A DNA stretch of 49,786 nucleotides, from NCBI GenBank assembly GCA_029856155.1, contig JAHQWL010000031.1, positions 1 to 49,786 of the forward strand. The letters run 5' to 3'. The position numbers and the translations under genes were made by a program. A model generated the notes under the pieces. The model was given only the letters and a program-made list of their open reading frames with translations, was not told where the DNA came from and searched no databases. This document shows, in pieces, positions 8,519-17,747 of this stretch. The stretch is from Promethearchaeia archaeon. Lineage in GTDB: Archaea > Asgardarchaeota > Lokiarchaeia > Sigyniarchaeales > SOKP01. Every line of letters begins with the position of its first letter. Within the stretch, counting starts at the first letter, position 1.

Positions 8519-10333
8519 GTGGCGCGTTTTCTCTCTAATCAAAAAATAGCTCTAGATTTTGAAGGCTTTTCTTTTATTTATGGAAACAATCAACATCAAA
8601 AACCTGTGGTTTCTGATATCTCTTTCAAATTAAAAGAAGGAGAAGTATTAATATTAGCTGGTCCAAGCGGAAGTGGAAAGTCTACTTTATCTTATGCTAT
8701 GAATGGTATAATTCCATGGCGTCAGAAGGGATTAGTTAAAGGAGATGTTAAAATTTTTGGAAAAAGTATTTGGGATTATGATTTTTCAGAATTATCAAAG
8801 TTAGTGGGATTAGTTAAACAGAATCCCAATGATCAATTAATAACTTTCAATGTTAAAGATGAAATTGCATTTGGTCTTGAGAATCTTAAGTTCTCACATG
8901 AAGTTATCGAAGAAAGAATTAATAATATTTCAAATTTGATGGGGATTAATCACTTATTAAATCGCGATATCGAACAACTCAGTGGCGGACAAAAACAACT
9001 TGTAATTTTAAGCTCATTCTTAGTCATGAATCCGAAGATTCTAATCCTTGATGAGCCAATCGCCTTCTTGGACCAACAATCCGAAAGTCTTTTGTTAAAT
9101 AGATTAAAAAATCTCATAGAATCAAAAAAAATTCCTCTAACATTAGTAATAATTGAACACAGATTATCAAGGGTAATGAATATCGCTGATAAATTAGTGG
9201 TTTTGGATGATCAGGGTAAAATTTCCTTAAAAGGAGATATTAAAAAAATTATCACTCAAAATTTTGAAGATTTACGTGCTAATAATATAAGAGTTCCATG
9301 GATAATAGACATTTTTCATGATTTTATAAAATTGAATAGAAGTACAGAAATTATTAGTTATCCTACAACTTTTCAAGAATTATTAGACATTATTCCACAT
9401 TTAGATAAAGAAGATTTGCGAAAATTATATCAGATTGTTATAGATAAAGAGATAGAACCAAAAGCTTTCCAAAAGTATGACAAATTTGAAGAACTAATAG
9501 AATTTAAGGATATTTATATAAAATCCTTGAAAAACACCGAAGATAAAGAAAATAATAATCCTCCCGAAGAGATTAATGAAATATTAGAGACAAAAAATCT
9601 TACTTTTAAATATCCCAACAGTGGAATCGTTGCTTTAAAAAACTTGAATATGAAAATAAACCAGGGGGACTTTATAGGGTTAGTAGGTCCAAATGGTTCA
9701 GGAAAAACTACTTTATTATATTTGCTTGCTAATTTATATGAACCAACCTCAGGTCATATTTACTATAATAACAAGAATTTAGAAGAGATCAATCAGTTTG
9801 AATATGCTAAAAAAATTGGTTTTATCTTTCAGAATCCAGAAAATATGATCTTTAGACCTACAATTGAAGAAGAATTATTATATGCACCAAAAAATTTCGG
9901 GTTGCTTAGTGATATCAAAGAATCTTATATTTCTAAGCTGTTAAAGTTAATAGGGAAAGAAGATCCTAAAAAAAATCCATATAATCTAAGTTGGGGTCAG
10001 AAACGTAGATTAAATCTAAGTTCTATTTTCATATATAACCCCGAGATTATTTTACTAGACGAACCATTTATAGGTCAGGACCAAAGAACCATAGACGCTT
10101 TAATCGAAACACTTTATATAGAAAATAAAAGGGGAAAAACAATTATTATTTCTTCACATGATTACCACTTACTTTTAAAATATACTAGAAGAATTATTGA
10201 ACTAAATAAAGATGGTACTCTACGAGATTATGATTTCAGCACTAATTATTTTCAGAAACATAGAAATTTAGGACCAATTATATTATTGGAGAAAATTGAA
10301 AAACAAATTGAACAAGAAGACAATGAGAAATAA
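8519..10333 (+). CDS. ECF transporter fused double ATPase (A-A')
   Basis: Two ABC domains: GPSGSGKS/QNP/LSGGQ/LILDEP/EH and GPNGSGKT/FQNP/LSWGQ/LLDEP/SH. Confidence 0.93.
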   Translation: MARFLSNQKIALDFEGFSFIYGNNQHQKPVVSDISFKLKEGEVLILAGPSGSGKSTLSYAMNGIIPWRQKGLVKGDVKIFGKSIWDYDFSELSKLVGLVKQNPNDQLITFNVKDEIAFGLENLKFSHEVIEERINNISNLMGINHLLNRDIEQLSGGQKQLVILSSFLVMNPKILILDEPIAFLDQQSESLLLNRLKNLIESKKIPLTLVIIEHRLSRVMNIADKLVVLDDQGKISLKGDIKKIITQNFEDLRANNIRVPWIIDIFHDFIKLNRSTEIISYPTTFQELLDIIPHLDKEDLRKLYQIVIDKEIEPKAFQKYDKFEELIEFKDIYIKSLKNTEDKENNNPPEEINEILETKNLTFKYPNSGIVALKNLNMKINQGDFIGLVGPNGSGKTTLLYLLANLYEPTSGHIYYNNKNLEEINQFEYAKKIGFIFQNPENMIFRPTIEEELLYAPKNFGLLSDIKESYISKLLKLIGKEDPKKNPYNLSWGQKRRLNLSSIFIYNPEIILLDEPFIGQDQRTIDALIETLYIENKRGKTIIISSHDYHLLLKYTRRIIELNKDGTLRDYDFSTNYFQKHRNLGPIILLEKIEKQIEQEDNEK

Positions 10334-11198
10334 AAATAAAATTTTAGATCATAGTTTATACACATTTGCTTATTTTCCTGGAAATTCATTAATGCATAAA
10401 TTAAATCCTATATCTAAGATTTTTTTTTTAATTTTGCTTACAATATCCATTTTTATGGTTAAAAGTTTGATAATGTTTTCAATAATTTTTATTCTGATTA
10501 TTCTTTTAGCACTAATCAGTAGTATATCCCTTAAGAATTTATTAAGAAAACTTAAATTCATAATTATTATTCTCATCATAAGTATAATATTGAATATCTT
10601 CTTCAATGCAATTCCAAGTAATCAAGAAACAGTTTTATTTTATCTTTTTAATATCCCCTTCCTACCAATAAGAAGATTAGCTGTATATTATGCTCTAAAG
10701 GCATCAATGATTGTACTTATATTATATACTTCTACAATCATATATACTAACACAACATCACCAAAGGATTTCTTATACTCACTTATTAGATTAAAAATAC
10801 CATATAGATATTGTTTTTCATTAATGGTTGGAATCAGATATATTCCATTGATTGAACAAGAAGCTAAAACAATAGCTTTAGCTCAAAGAGCAAGGGGTTT
10901 TGGACTTGAGAAGGTAAACTCAATTAAAAAAGCCTATAAGCTGATTTTTGAAAGATTAGTGGCAACTTTAATTTCAATCCTGAGAAAAGGGCACATAACT
11001 TCAATTTCAATGGAAAATCGTTGTTTTGGACTTCATAAAAAAAGAACTAATTTAAAAATTATAAAGTTCAGACTAATTGATGGCTTTTTTATCATTTTCT
11101 GTATATTTATTTTTTCTTTTTTTATATTGTATTTACTTCAATCACTACCGATCCCTGTATTACCTTCCTTATATCATTTATTTTTAACAATTTTCTAA
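10323..11198 (+). CDS. ecfT: ECF transporter T component (EcfT/CbiQ family)
   Basis: MHKLNPISK, RYIP, AQRARG and MENRCF coupling motifs. ATG at 10323 overlaps the end of the ATPase gene. Confidence 0.9.
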   Translation: MRNKNKILDHSLYTFAYFPGNSLMHKLNPISKIFFLILLTISIFMVKSLIMFSIIFILIILLALISSISLKNLLRKLKFIIIILIISIILNIFFNAIPSNQETVLFYLFNIPFLPIRRLAVYYALKASMIVLILYTSTIIYTNTTSPKDFLYSLIRLKIPYRYCFSLMVGIRYIPLIEQEAKTIALAQRARGFGLEKVNSIKKAYKLIFERLVATLISILRKGHITSISMENRCFGLHKKRTNLKIIKFRLIDGFFIIFCIFIFSFFILYLLQSLPIPVLPSLYHLFLTIF

Positions 11199-11373
11199 GA
11201 TTACTAGGATAGATACTAAGGAGGTTTAATTCAATTATTATAATTGAACTCTTATAATTTATAGCAAGGAACTTTTAAAATTAGGAAAGCCTAATTGACA
11301 TAATAAAAAATAGTATCATTCTCCGTTATTAATCTTATAAGATATTACAAAATTTAGATTCGAAGTAGTTTTT

Positions 11374-12423
11374 ATGGATAGGAAGAGACAGATGTATTTA
11401 AAATACATTGGAATTCTAATTTTATTATGTTTTCCCTTATTTGGACTGATGGGGCTCGTTTTGAGCAGAAATATTATTACTCCTAATGATGAGTTTTTTG
11501 TTGTGTCCAAGGGGGAATCTCCAACTATTCCTGTCAATACGTGGAGCTTAACGATATATGGACATGTAAATAACACTTTAATTTTTACTTATTCCAACTT
11601 TACATCCTTACCTTCAAAAGAAGTTATTGCGACACTACAATGTGTTGATGGACCTTCTGGTACCGCCAGGTGGAAGGGTGTTCCAATTAAAGATTTACTA
11701 GATTTAGCACAAGTACAAATAGGGGCTGTGGATGTTGTTTTTTATGCTGCAGATGATTATTCCTCCTCACTAACTATTGAAGAGGTAAGTGTAGAAAATG
11801 TTCTATTAGCATATGAAATGAATGGTGAACCTCTTCCGGTTGATCAAGGATTTCCACTAAGATTAGTTGCTCCAAACCACCTAGGATATAAGTGGGTGAA
11901 ATGGGTTGTTAGAATGGAGATTGTAGATTATAATTATATAGGTTTTTGGGAGAGTCGTGGGTGGAGTGATAATGCCTATCGTACACCTGTCACTGATTGG
12001 ATTTACCATTCTGCATTATTGGCGATTTCTTTTCTCTTGGGGGGGATTGCGTTAATGTCAGGATTAAAAAAGTCTCCAGTTACTGAATTCTTTCATGGTC
12101 TTCCTAAGTTTGTAAATAAGAAATTCCATATTACAATTGGAATTGGATATTTAATCACCACTTTAAGTAGTTTCTTCTATTGGGTTATCTCCACAATATT
12201 AAACAGAGGCGCTATTTTTTATACAATTCATGGTATTACAGCTTTAATATCTATTATTCTTGTAATACCCGGTGCTATTACGGGCTTTAAAAAATCAAAA
12301 AAAAGAGATTATGAAAAAAGAACATGGCATTATAAATGGAATTTATATTCCTTTTATTTCTTTTTAACTACAATTATTCTAGGATTTTTATTGATTTTTA
12401 TTAGATGGCTTTTTTTATACTAA
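11374..12423 (+). CDS. Molybdopterin-dependent oxidoreductase (sulfite oxidase/MsrP family) fused to a C-terminal 4-TM His-containing domain
   Basis: ITPNDEFF, TLQCV (Mo-ligand Cys), WKGV, LLAYEMNGEPLPVDQGFPLRLVAP, GYKWVKW and GFWESRGW. Followed by four TM helices, each carrying or adjacent to a His. Confidence 0.9.
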   Translation: MDRKRQMYLKYIGILILLCFPLFGLMGLVLSRNIITPNDEFFVVSKGESPTIPVNTWSLTIYGHVNNTLIFTYSNFTSLPSKEVIATLQCVDGPSGTARWKGVPIKDLLDLAQVQIGAVDVVFYAADDYSSSLTIEEVSVENVLLAYEMNGEPLPVDQGFPLRLVAPNHLGYKWVKWVVRMEIVDYNYIGFWESRGWSDNAYRTPVTDWIYHSALLAISFLLGGIALMSGLKKSPVTEFFHGLPKFVNKKFHITIGIGYLITTLSSFFYWVISTILNRGAIFYTIHGITALISIILVIPGAITGFKKSKKRDYEKRTWHYKWNLYSFYFFLTTIILGFLLIFIRWLFLY

Positions 12424-12549
12424 CTTGGAAAAGTATTAAAGAAGCTTTCCATATTCATCATTCAATATCAAAATACGAGCAGATTGTTAAATAATTTATG
12501 GTTTCTTGAAAGCCTTATTATTAATATTTATTAAAAGTCTAATTAAAAC

Positions 12550-12828
12550 ATGGAAGTAGAAGTTCTATATTTCGCTGAATTTAAGGATATAACTCGAAAA
12601 GAGAGAGAAAAGTTTAAATTATCCAATTCCACTTTAGCGGGATTATTAAGTTTATTATTTGAAAAATATAAATTGAGAAATTTAATTTGGGATGAAAAAA
12701 ATCAAAAGATGCATAATTTGATTTCAGTTATAATTAACAATCAAGCTACCCATGAAAAAGATCCATCATCAATTAATTTAAATGACAGAGATACAATTGC
12801 CTTCTTATTACCAGTTTCAGGAGGATAG
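12550..12828 (+). CDS. moaD: MoaD/ThiS family sulfur carrier (SAMP-like)
   Basis: VEVLYFAEFKDIT...DTIAFLLPVSGG with a C-terminal diglycine. Confidence 0.88.
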   Translation: MEVEVLYFAEFKDITRKEREKFKLSNSTLAGLLSLLFEKYKLRNLIWDEKNQKMHNLISVIINNQATHEKDPSSINLNDRDTIAFLLPVSGG

Positions 12829-12992
12829 AAGTAAATGAATTCAAACGAGAAAATAAAATTATGGAAGAGAGAAGCCTTTAGTAATTAATTCATTAAAAAT
12901 GGTCTATTGAAAATTAATTAATGAAAATTGACTATTTTTAAATTAGATTAGAAAAATTTCTTCTAAATAATTTTTATGAAATTAGAAATTAG

Positions 12993-13562
12993 TTGATTAG
13001 AATGATAAAAAAATCAAAAATTTCCGAAGACCCTATAAAGAAAACTCCTCAAAAAATTAATTTAGCTCTAATTATAGTAAGCACAAGTCAATTTCATGAA
13101 CTAAAGGAGAAAAAAAAAACTTCAGATAAGATAATTCCTAAAGTAGAGAGATTATTGAAGGATAACCAATCAATTTCATTAGCTTTTTCTGAAATTATTA
13201 CAGATTCAGAAGACCATATAAATAAAGTTTTAGTAGAATTAATGAAAGATGATAAAATTGATGCTATACTATTTAGTGGAGGCATGGGATTATCAAAAAA
13301 AGATATTACATATGAAACTTTAGAGCCTCGTTTCGAAAAAAAAATAAATGGTTTTGGAGAACTCTTAAGATCACTCTCGTATAATGAAATTGGTACTCCA
13401 GCTATGTTATATAGAGCAACTGCAGGTATTTTGAGAAGTAAGAAAAAGAGTAAAGCCATTTTTTTACTTCCAGGTTCTCCAGATGCTGTGAGCCTTGCAC
13501 TTCAATATATTATAATTCCCGAATTGGGAAATATTCTAAATTTAATCAATAAAGAAGAATAA
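12993..13562 (+). CDS. moaB: MoaB/MogA family molybdopterin-binding protein
   Basis: IDAILFSGGMGLSKKDITYE, GFGELLR, RATAG and LLPGSPDAV. Confidence 0.85.
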   Translation: MIRMIKKSKISEDPIKKTPQKINLALIIVSTSQFHELKEKKKTSDKIIPKVERLLKDNQSISLAFSEIITDSEDHINKVLVELMKDDKIDAILFSGGMGLSKKDITYETLEPRFEKKINGFGELLRSLSYNEIGTPAMLYRATAGILRSKKKSKAIFLLPGSPDAVSLALQYIIIPELGNILNLINKEE

Positions 13563-13663
13563 GTTCATATAAAGTATCTTATAACTTACCAACTATAACC
13601 TAAAATTATGGGAAAAGCATTCAATACCTTCTCCATAATTACTTCAATCTTCTATTGAATTAG

Positions 13664-14683
13664 TTAAGAATTAGATGTTTCTTCTCTCAATTTTCTTTCT
13701 AATTCTTCTTTTTCTTGTTCTAGCCTTGCAATTTTTTTGTCTTTTAATTGTATTTTTACTCCGCTAATAGTAATTCCCTGTAAATTAAGTATTTTTTTAA
13801 TAAAGATGAATGCTGCTAAACTAATTCCAACTAAATATAGAACATTTACAGACCAAAAATAGGGATCTATCGTATTCCAAATTTCTTCTACATATGGAAA
13901 GCTTAAGAAGGGTAAAATTATAGCAATCAATCCAATCCATATCATTCCAATTAGCAGGAGTGCTTTTTCCCATAATCTAATTTGCATTCTATAAAAAACA
14001 TATAAATGAAGCCAATACATTACACAGATAAATCCAATAGGCATGAATAAAACTGATCCAATTGCTAAAATCAACAATAAATTAACAGCAAACTTATTTC
14101 GCCATAAATCTAAAATATCTTTTACAGCCATTTGATCTTGAACTTGGGCTTTCGCATATTCTTTTCTTAATGAAAAATACTCTTTTTTTATTTTCCTGGC
14201 AACATTTTTTGCTCCTTTCTTCCAGAAAGAAAGTTTACCTATTTCCGCTGCTTTATGAAATTGTTCACTCGCTAAAGGGATAATGTAAAGATTTAGCAAT
14301 AGGGATATTATTCCATAAATGTAGATAATATTATCAAACCATAACCATAAGCCTGTTTGAGTAACTGCAGCTGCTTCAGTATAACTTGCAATAATTTTAT
14401 AAATCGCATAACCGATTAAAAGTGCGGGAATGATAATCTCTAATATGATTAAAACAATAGTGCCTCGCTTTTTTAATTTACTGCTTAATTTATCCATAAG
14501 TAATAAGAAACCATTTGATATACTCAATAATAAACCAAAACCAGCTAAAAACTTTACAACCCAGAAGAATATAAGAAATGTAAAGTTTAATGACGTATCT
14601 CCAGTAAAAAGTAATAACAACATTAATGCTAAAGTGATGACTAATCCAATAATATAGATAATTTTGTATTTTTTTTCCTCCAT
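13664..14683 (-). CDS. Hypothetical multi-pass membrane protein with C-terminal coiled coil
   Basis: 339 aa, 7-8 hydrophobic segments and a charged tail. Confidence 0.7.
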   Translation of the reverse strand: MEEKKYKIIYIIGLVITLALMLLLLFTGDTSLNFTFLIFFWVVKFLAGFGLLLSISNGFLLLMDKLSSKLKKRGTIVLIILEIIIPALLIGYAIYKIIASYTEAAAVTQTGLWLWFDNIIYIYGIISLLLNLYIIPLASEQFHKAAEIGKLSFWKKGAKNVARKIKKEYFSLRKEYAKAQVQDQMAVKDILDLWRNKFAVNLLLILAIGSVLFMPIGFICVMYWLHLYVFYRMQIRLWEKALLLIGMIWIGLIAIILPFLSFPYVEEIWNTIDPYFWSVNVLYLVGISLAAFIFIKKILNLQGITISGVKIQLKDKKIARLEQEKEELERKLREETSNS

Positions 14684-14831
14684 GATTTATCAAAAAGAAA
14701 GAGGTTATTTAATTTCTTAATTAATTTTTTATAAATTCGATTCTGAATTTAAAATTTCCTAACTATATTTTTCTGTATCAACAATCTTATACAATCTAAA
14801 ATTTTTTTAGAAATGGTTAATTCTTAAACAT

Positions 14832-15713
14832 ATGGTTGATACAACCAGAATAGTAAAAGAAATACAAGAAAAATATAATATTATTGGTAGAACAGAAGAA
14901 CTAAAACAAATTGTTTTAGCTCATGCTGTAGGCAAAAATATATTATTGGAAGGAAACGTTGGAGTAGGCAAAACTACATTAGCGAAAGCCATTTCTGAAT
15001 ATTATGGTTCTGATGCTTCTAACTTCTATAGAGTAGACTGCAGTGAAGAATTACTCCCTCATAATCTTGTTGGATACTTTGATCCACCTCTAGTAATTGC
15101 TAAAGGTTATGTCGAAGATTCATATAAATACGGACCTTTAACCTTAGCTATGATAAATGGTGGATGCTTGTTTATAAATGAAATTAATAGAATGCCAGAG
15201 AGCACTCAAAATTCGTTGTTAACATCATTAGATGAAGGTATTCTTGAAATATCAAAATTAAAAACTATTAGAGCTCATAAGGATTTCTTTGTTATAGCAA
15301 CTCAAAATCCAGCAGCACATGTAGGAGTTACAATATTAGGCGAAGCACTAAAGGATAGATTTATTTGGATTAACTTAGATTATCAAACACCTGAAGAAGA
15401 ATTCTTAATAATTAAACAAGAAGCAAAGATGAACAGTAATAATGCTGATAAACTAGCCAAAATCTCTCAAAGTATAATCCAAATAACGAGAGAAAGTACT
15501 TCAATTCGAAGGGGAAGTAGTATTAGAGGAGCAATAGACTTAGCAACTTTAGTAAATCAATACGATAATAGTAACAGCTCTAAAAATTGGGTTGAAGCGA
15601 CTGTAATGGCATTATATAACAAGATTGAACTTGAGGATGGTTTGACTCAATCAAAAAAGGAAATAATCACGAATATTGTCTTAGCTGTATTGAATAAATC
15701 GGATTTTCAATAA
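14832..15713 (+). CDS. MoxR-family AAA+ ATPase
   Basis: IIGR, Walker A GNVGVGKT, Walker-B-like LFINEINR, IATQNP, EALKDRF and SIRG. Confidence 0.9.
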   Translation: MVDTTRIVKEIQEKYNIIGRTEELKQIVLAHAVGKNILLEGNVGVGKTTLAKAISEYYGSDASNFYRVDCSEELLPHNLVGYFDPPLVIAKGYVEDSYKYGPLTLAMINGGCLFINEINRMPESTQNSLLTSLDEGILEISKLKTIRAHKDFFVIATQNPAAHVGVTILGEALKDRFIWINLDYQTPEEEFLIIKQEAKMNSNNADKLAKISQSIIQITRESTSIRRGSSIRGAIDLATLVNQYDNSNSSKNWVEATVMALYNKIELEDGLTQSKKEIITNIVLAVLNKSDFQ

Positions 15714-16822
15714 TCGATGATTTCTCTGAGGAAGAATCTGAAGAGATTGAGAAAAGGCTGCATGTTAGACTAACCAAAAGTAAACCGGATAAAGAAATTT
15801 TAGAGTATGAAATAATCCGAAAAAAAAAGAAAAAGCCTGATTATTATAAACACCTTGCCAACACATTAGATTATAAGCAAATAAAGGAGCTAACGTATCT
15901 AGCAATACAACATAAAAATCTTGAAGCTTTAATGGGACTACTTAAAGCAAATGTTTATGCTTCTACAGATGCTTTAGATACTGAAGAAGGTGTTCAATTT
16001 TTCTCAGAAAAAGCTGCAGAATCAGGAGACTTTATGCCAGAGGTCTATTTTTTTATAAGACGCCCTATATCTAATAAATACAAATCAATTTTTAGACGGT
16101 TAGCACGTCAGAGTATTTTAAAACTCTCTTTAAAAATAACCAGTAAGGGAATTAGAGGGGAATTCAAAAAAACTGTTCCCTATTATCAAATGGGTATGCC
16201 AGAATTTAGCATGGATGAGACTATTCAACATAATCCATTAAAAATCTATAAAAGAAGCTTGAATTATAAAGACATTTATGGAATTGAGAGAAAACGGCAA
16301 AAAAGAAAAGTAGTATTGATACTGGATACTAGTGGTAGTATGTATGGGCGTTTGTTGCTTAATGCCGCTCTAACCACCTCCGTTTTAGCATATAATATGG
16401 AAAGAGAAGACTTTGCTATAGTTTTATTTAATTCTACAGCAATGATAATGAAAAAAATTAATCAAAAAAGACCTATAATTTCCATTATTGATGATATTTT
16501 AGATTCTGAAGCAGTTGGCTTTACGAATATTTTTATTGGATTGGAAAAAGGATTAAAAGAATTAAATAAAATAAAGGAAAAGAGAAAAAGTCGTTTTGGG
16601 ATATTAATAACAGATGGTAATTATAATCGAGGCGATGATCCCATAACTTTAGCAAAAAAATATCCAAAACTACATGTTATAGGAATGCCCGCTGAAAATG
16701 ATGCTGATCAAGGAATTGAAACTTGCCGAGAAATTGCCAAAGCAGGACGAGGTAAGTTTTATGCCGTTAATGATTATAAAGAAATTCCAAGAGCTTTAAT
16801 AGAATTACTATCTCAAACTTAA
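15710..16822 (+). CDS. von Willebrand factor A (vWA) domain protein, MoxR partner; start uncertain
   Basis: MIDAS motifs DTSGSM, GFTN and ITDG. The frame is open from 15698 with no ATG/GTG/TTG until 15932. Confidence 0.85.
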   Translation: MIDDFSEEESEEIEKRLHVRLTKSKPDKEILEYEIIRKKKKKPDYYKHLANTLDYKQIKELTYLAIQHKNLEALMGLLKANVYASTDALDTEEGVQFFSEKAAESGDFMPEVYFFIRRPISNKYKSIFRRLARQSILKLSLKITSKGIRGEFKKTVPYYQMGMPEFSMDETIQHNPLKIYKRSLNYKDIYGIERKRQKRKVVLILDTSGSMYGRLLLNAALTTSVLAYNMEREDFAIVLFNSTAMIMKKINQKRPIISIIDDILDSEAVGFTNIFIGLEKGLKELNKIKEKRKSRFGILITDGNYNRGDDPITLAKKYPKLHVIGMPAENDADQGIETCREIAKAGRGKFYAVNDYKEIPRALIELLSQT

Positions 16823-17002
16823 TTTAAATTTTGCTTTGTTTTTTTAAAAAAGTGATTAAATTAAGTATTTTTTCAATTCTATAGTCTTAAAAATATAAAA
16901 TTTATTATATTTATAAGTTAAAAGATTAAAGAATAATAATCAAAAGATACTTTTATTTTAAAGATTTATATGAAATATCTGATTTGATAATGGTGATTTG
17001 TT

Positions 17003-17581
17003 ATTTTTAATCAAGAAGACTATAGTTATATCTTTAAGGTTTGTTTGATTGGGGCCGGGGGTGTAGGAAAGACTTGTATTGTTCGACGATTATGCTATGA
17101 TACATTCAATTTAAACACTCAATTAACTGTTGGAATAGATTTTTATACACATGATATTTCTTGTATAGTAAATGGAAAGGAATCTAAAATAAGACTTTCT
17201 ATCTGGGATTTTGGAGGACAGGAACGTTTCAAATCACTTTTTAGATATTACATTAATGGAACAAATGGGATCTTCTTAGTGTTTGATTTATTACAAATGG
17301 AAAGTCTTATTAATTTAGACTGGTTTTATGAGAAATTGGTAGAAAATAACGTTGCGGATCGCCCGAAAATTCTTATAGGCACTAAGCTTGATTTGGCTGA
17401 AAGTGAGAATAACTTAGTTAAAATTGATGAATCTATCATTAACGATTTTCTTAAAACACATGATGTAAAAGATTTCATTAAAACTTCTTCTTTAGACAAT
17501 ATAAATATTAAACATATTTTTAACGAGATCGTTAAGAAAATATTTGATGTTCATGAATTCGATTATGAAGAAATACGTTAA
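17003..17581 (+). CDS. Rab-like small GTPase (paralog 1)
   Basis: YIFKVCLIGAGGVGKT, TVGIDF, IWDFGGQERF, GTKLD and KTSS. The beta-1 strand lies upstream of the TTG at 17045, so the start is probably ATT 17003 or GTT 17000 after GGTGA. Confidence 0.9.
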   Translation: MFNQEDYSYIFKVCLIGAGGVGKTCIVRRLCYDTFNLNTQLTVGIDFYTHDISCIVNGKESKIRLSIWDFGGQERFKSLFRYYINGTNGIFLVFDLLQMESLINLDWFYEKLVENNVADRPKILIGTKLDLAESENNLVKIDESIINDFLKTHDVKDFIKTSSLDNINIKHIFNEIVKKIFDVHEFDYEEIR

Positions 17582-17747
17582 CTTTCATTTTTAAATTCTT
17601 TACGATCACTTAAAATTAAAAGATATTTTTGTACTAGAATTATATATAGTAGATTTTTTTTATTGAATTAGGTATAATAAAATAGTATATTAGATATTCT
17701 AAAAATTCAAAAAGTAGGTCTATCATAGACATATAAGTGAGAATAAT

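Noticed and set aside
13604-13640. Inverted repeat AATTATGG...CCATAATT between convergent genes; considered as terminator or SECIS
   Set aside because: AT-rich 8-bp arms with a long loop can arise by chance. There is no AUGA/GA core and no in-frame TGA selenoprotein candidate nearby.
15820-15834. A-rich run encoding KKKKK as the frameshift site in the MoxR-vWA locus
   Set aside because: It lies downstream of the MoxR stop, and the vWA frame is already open through it.
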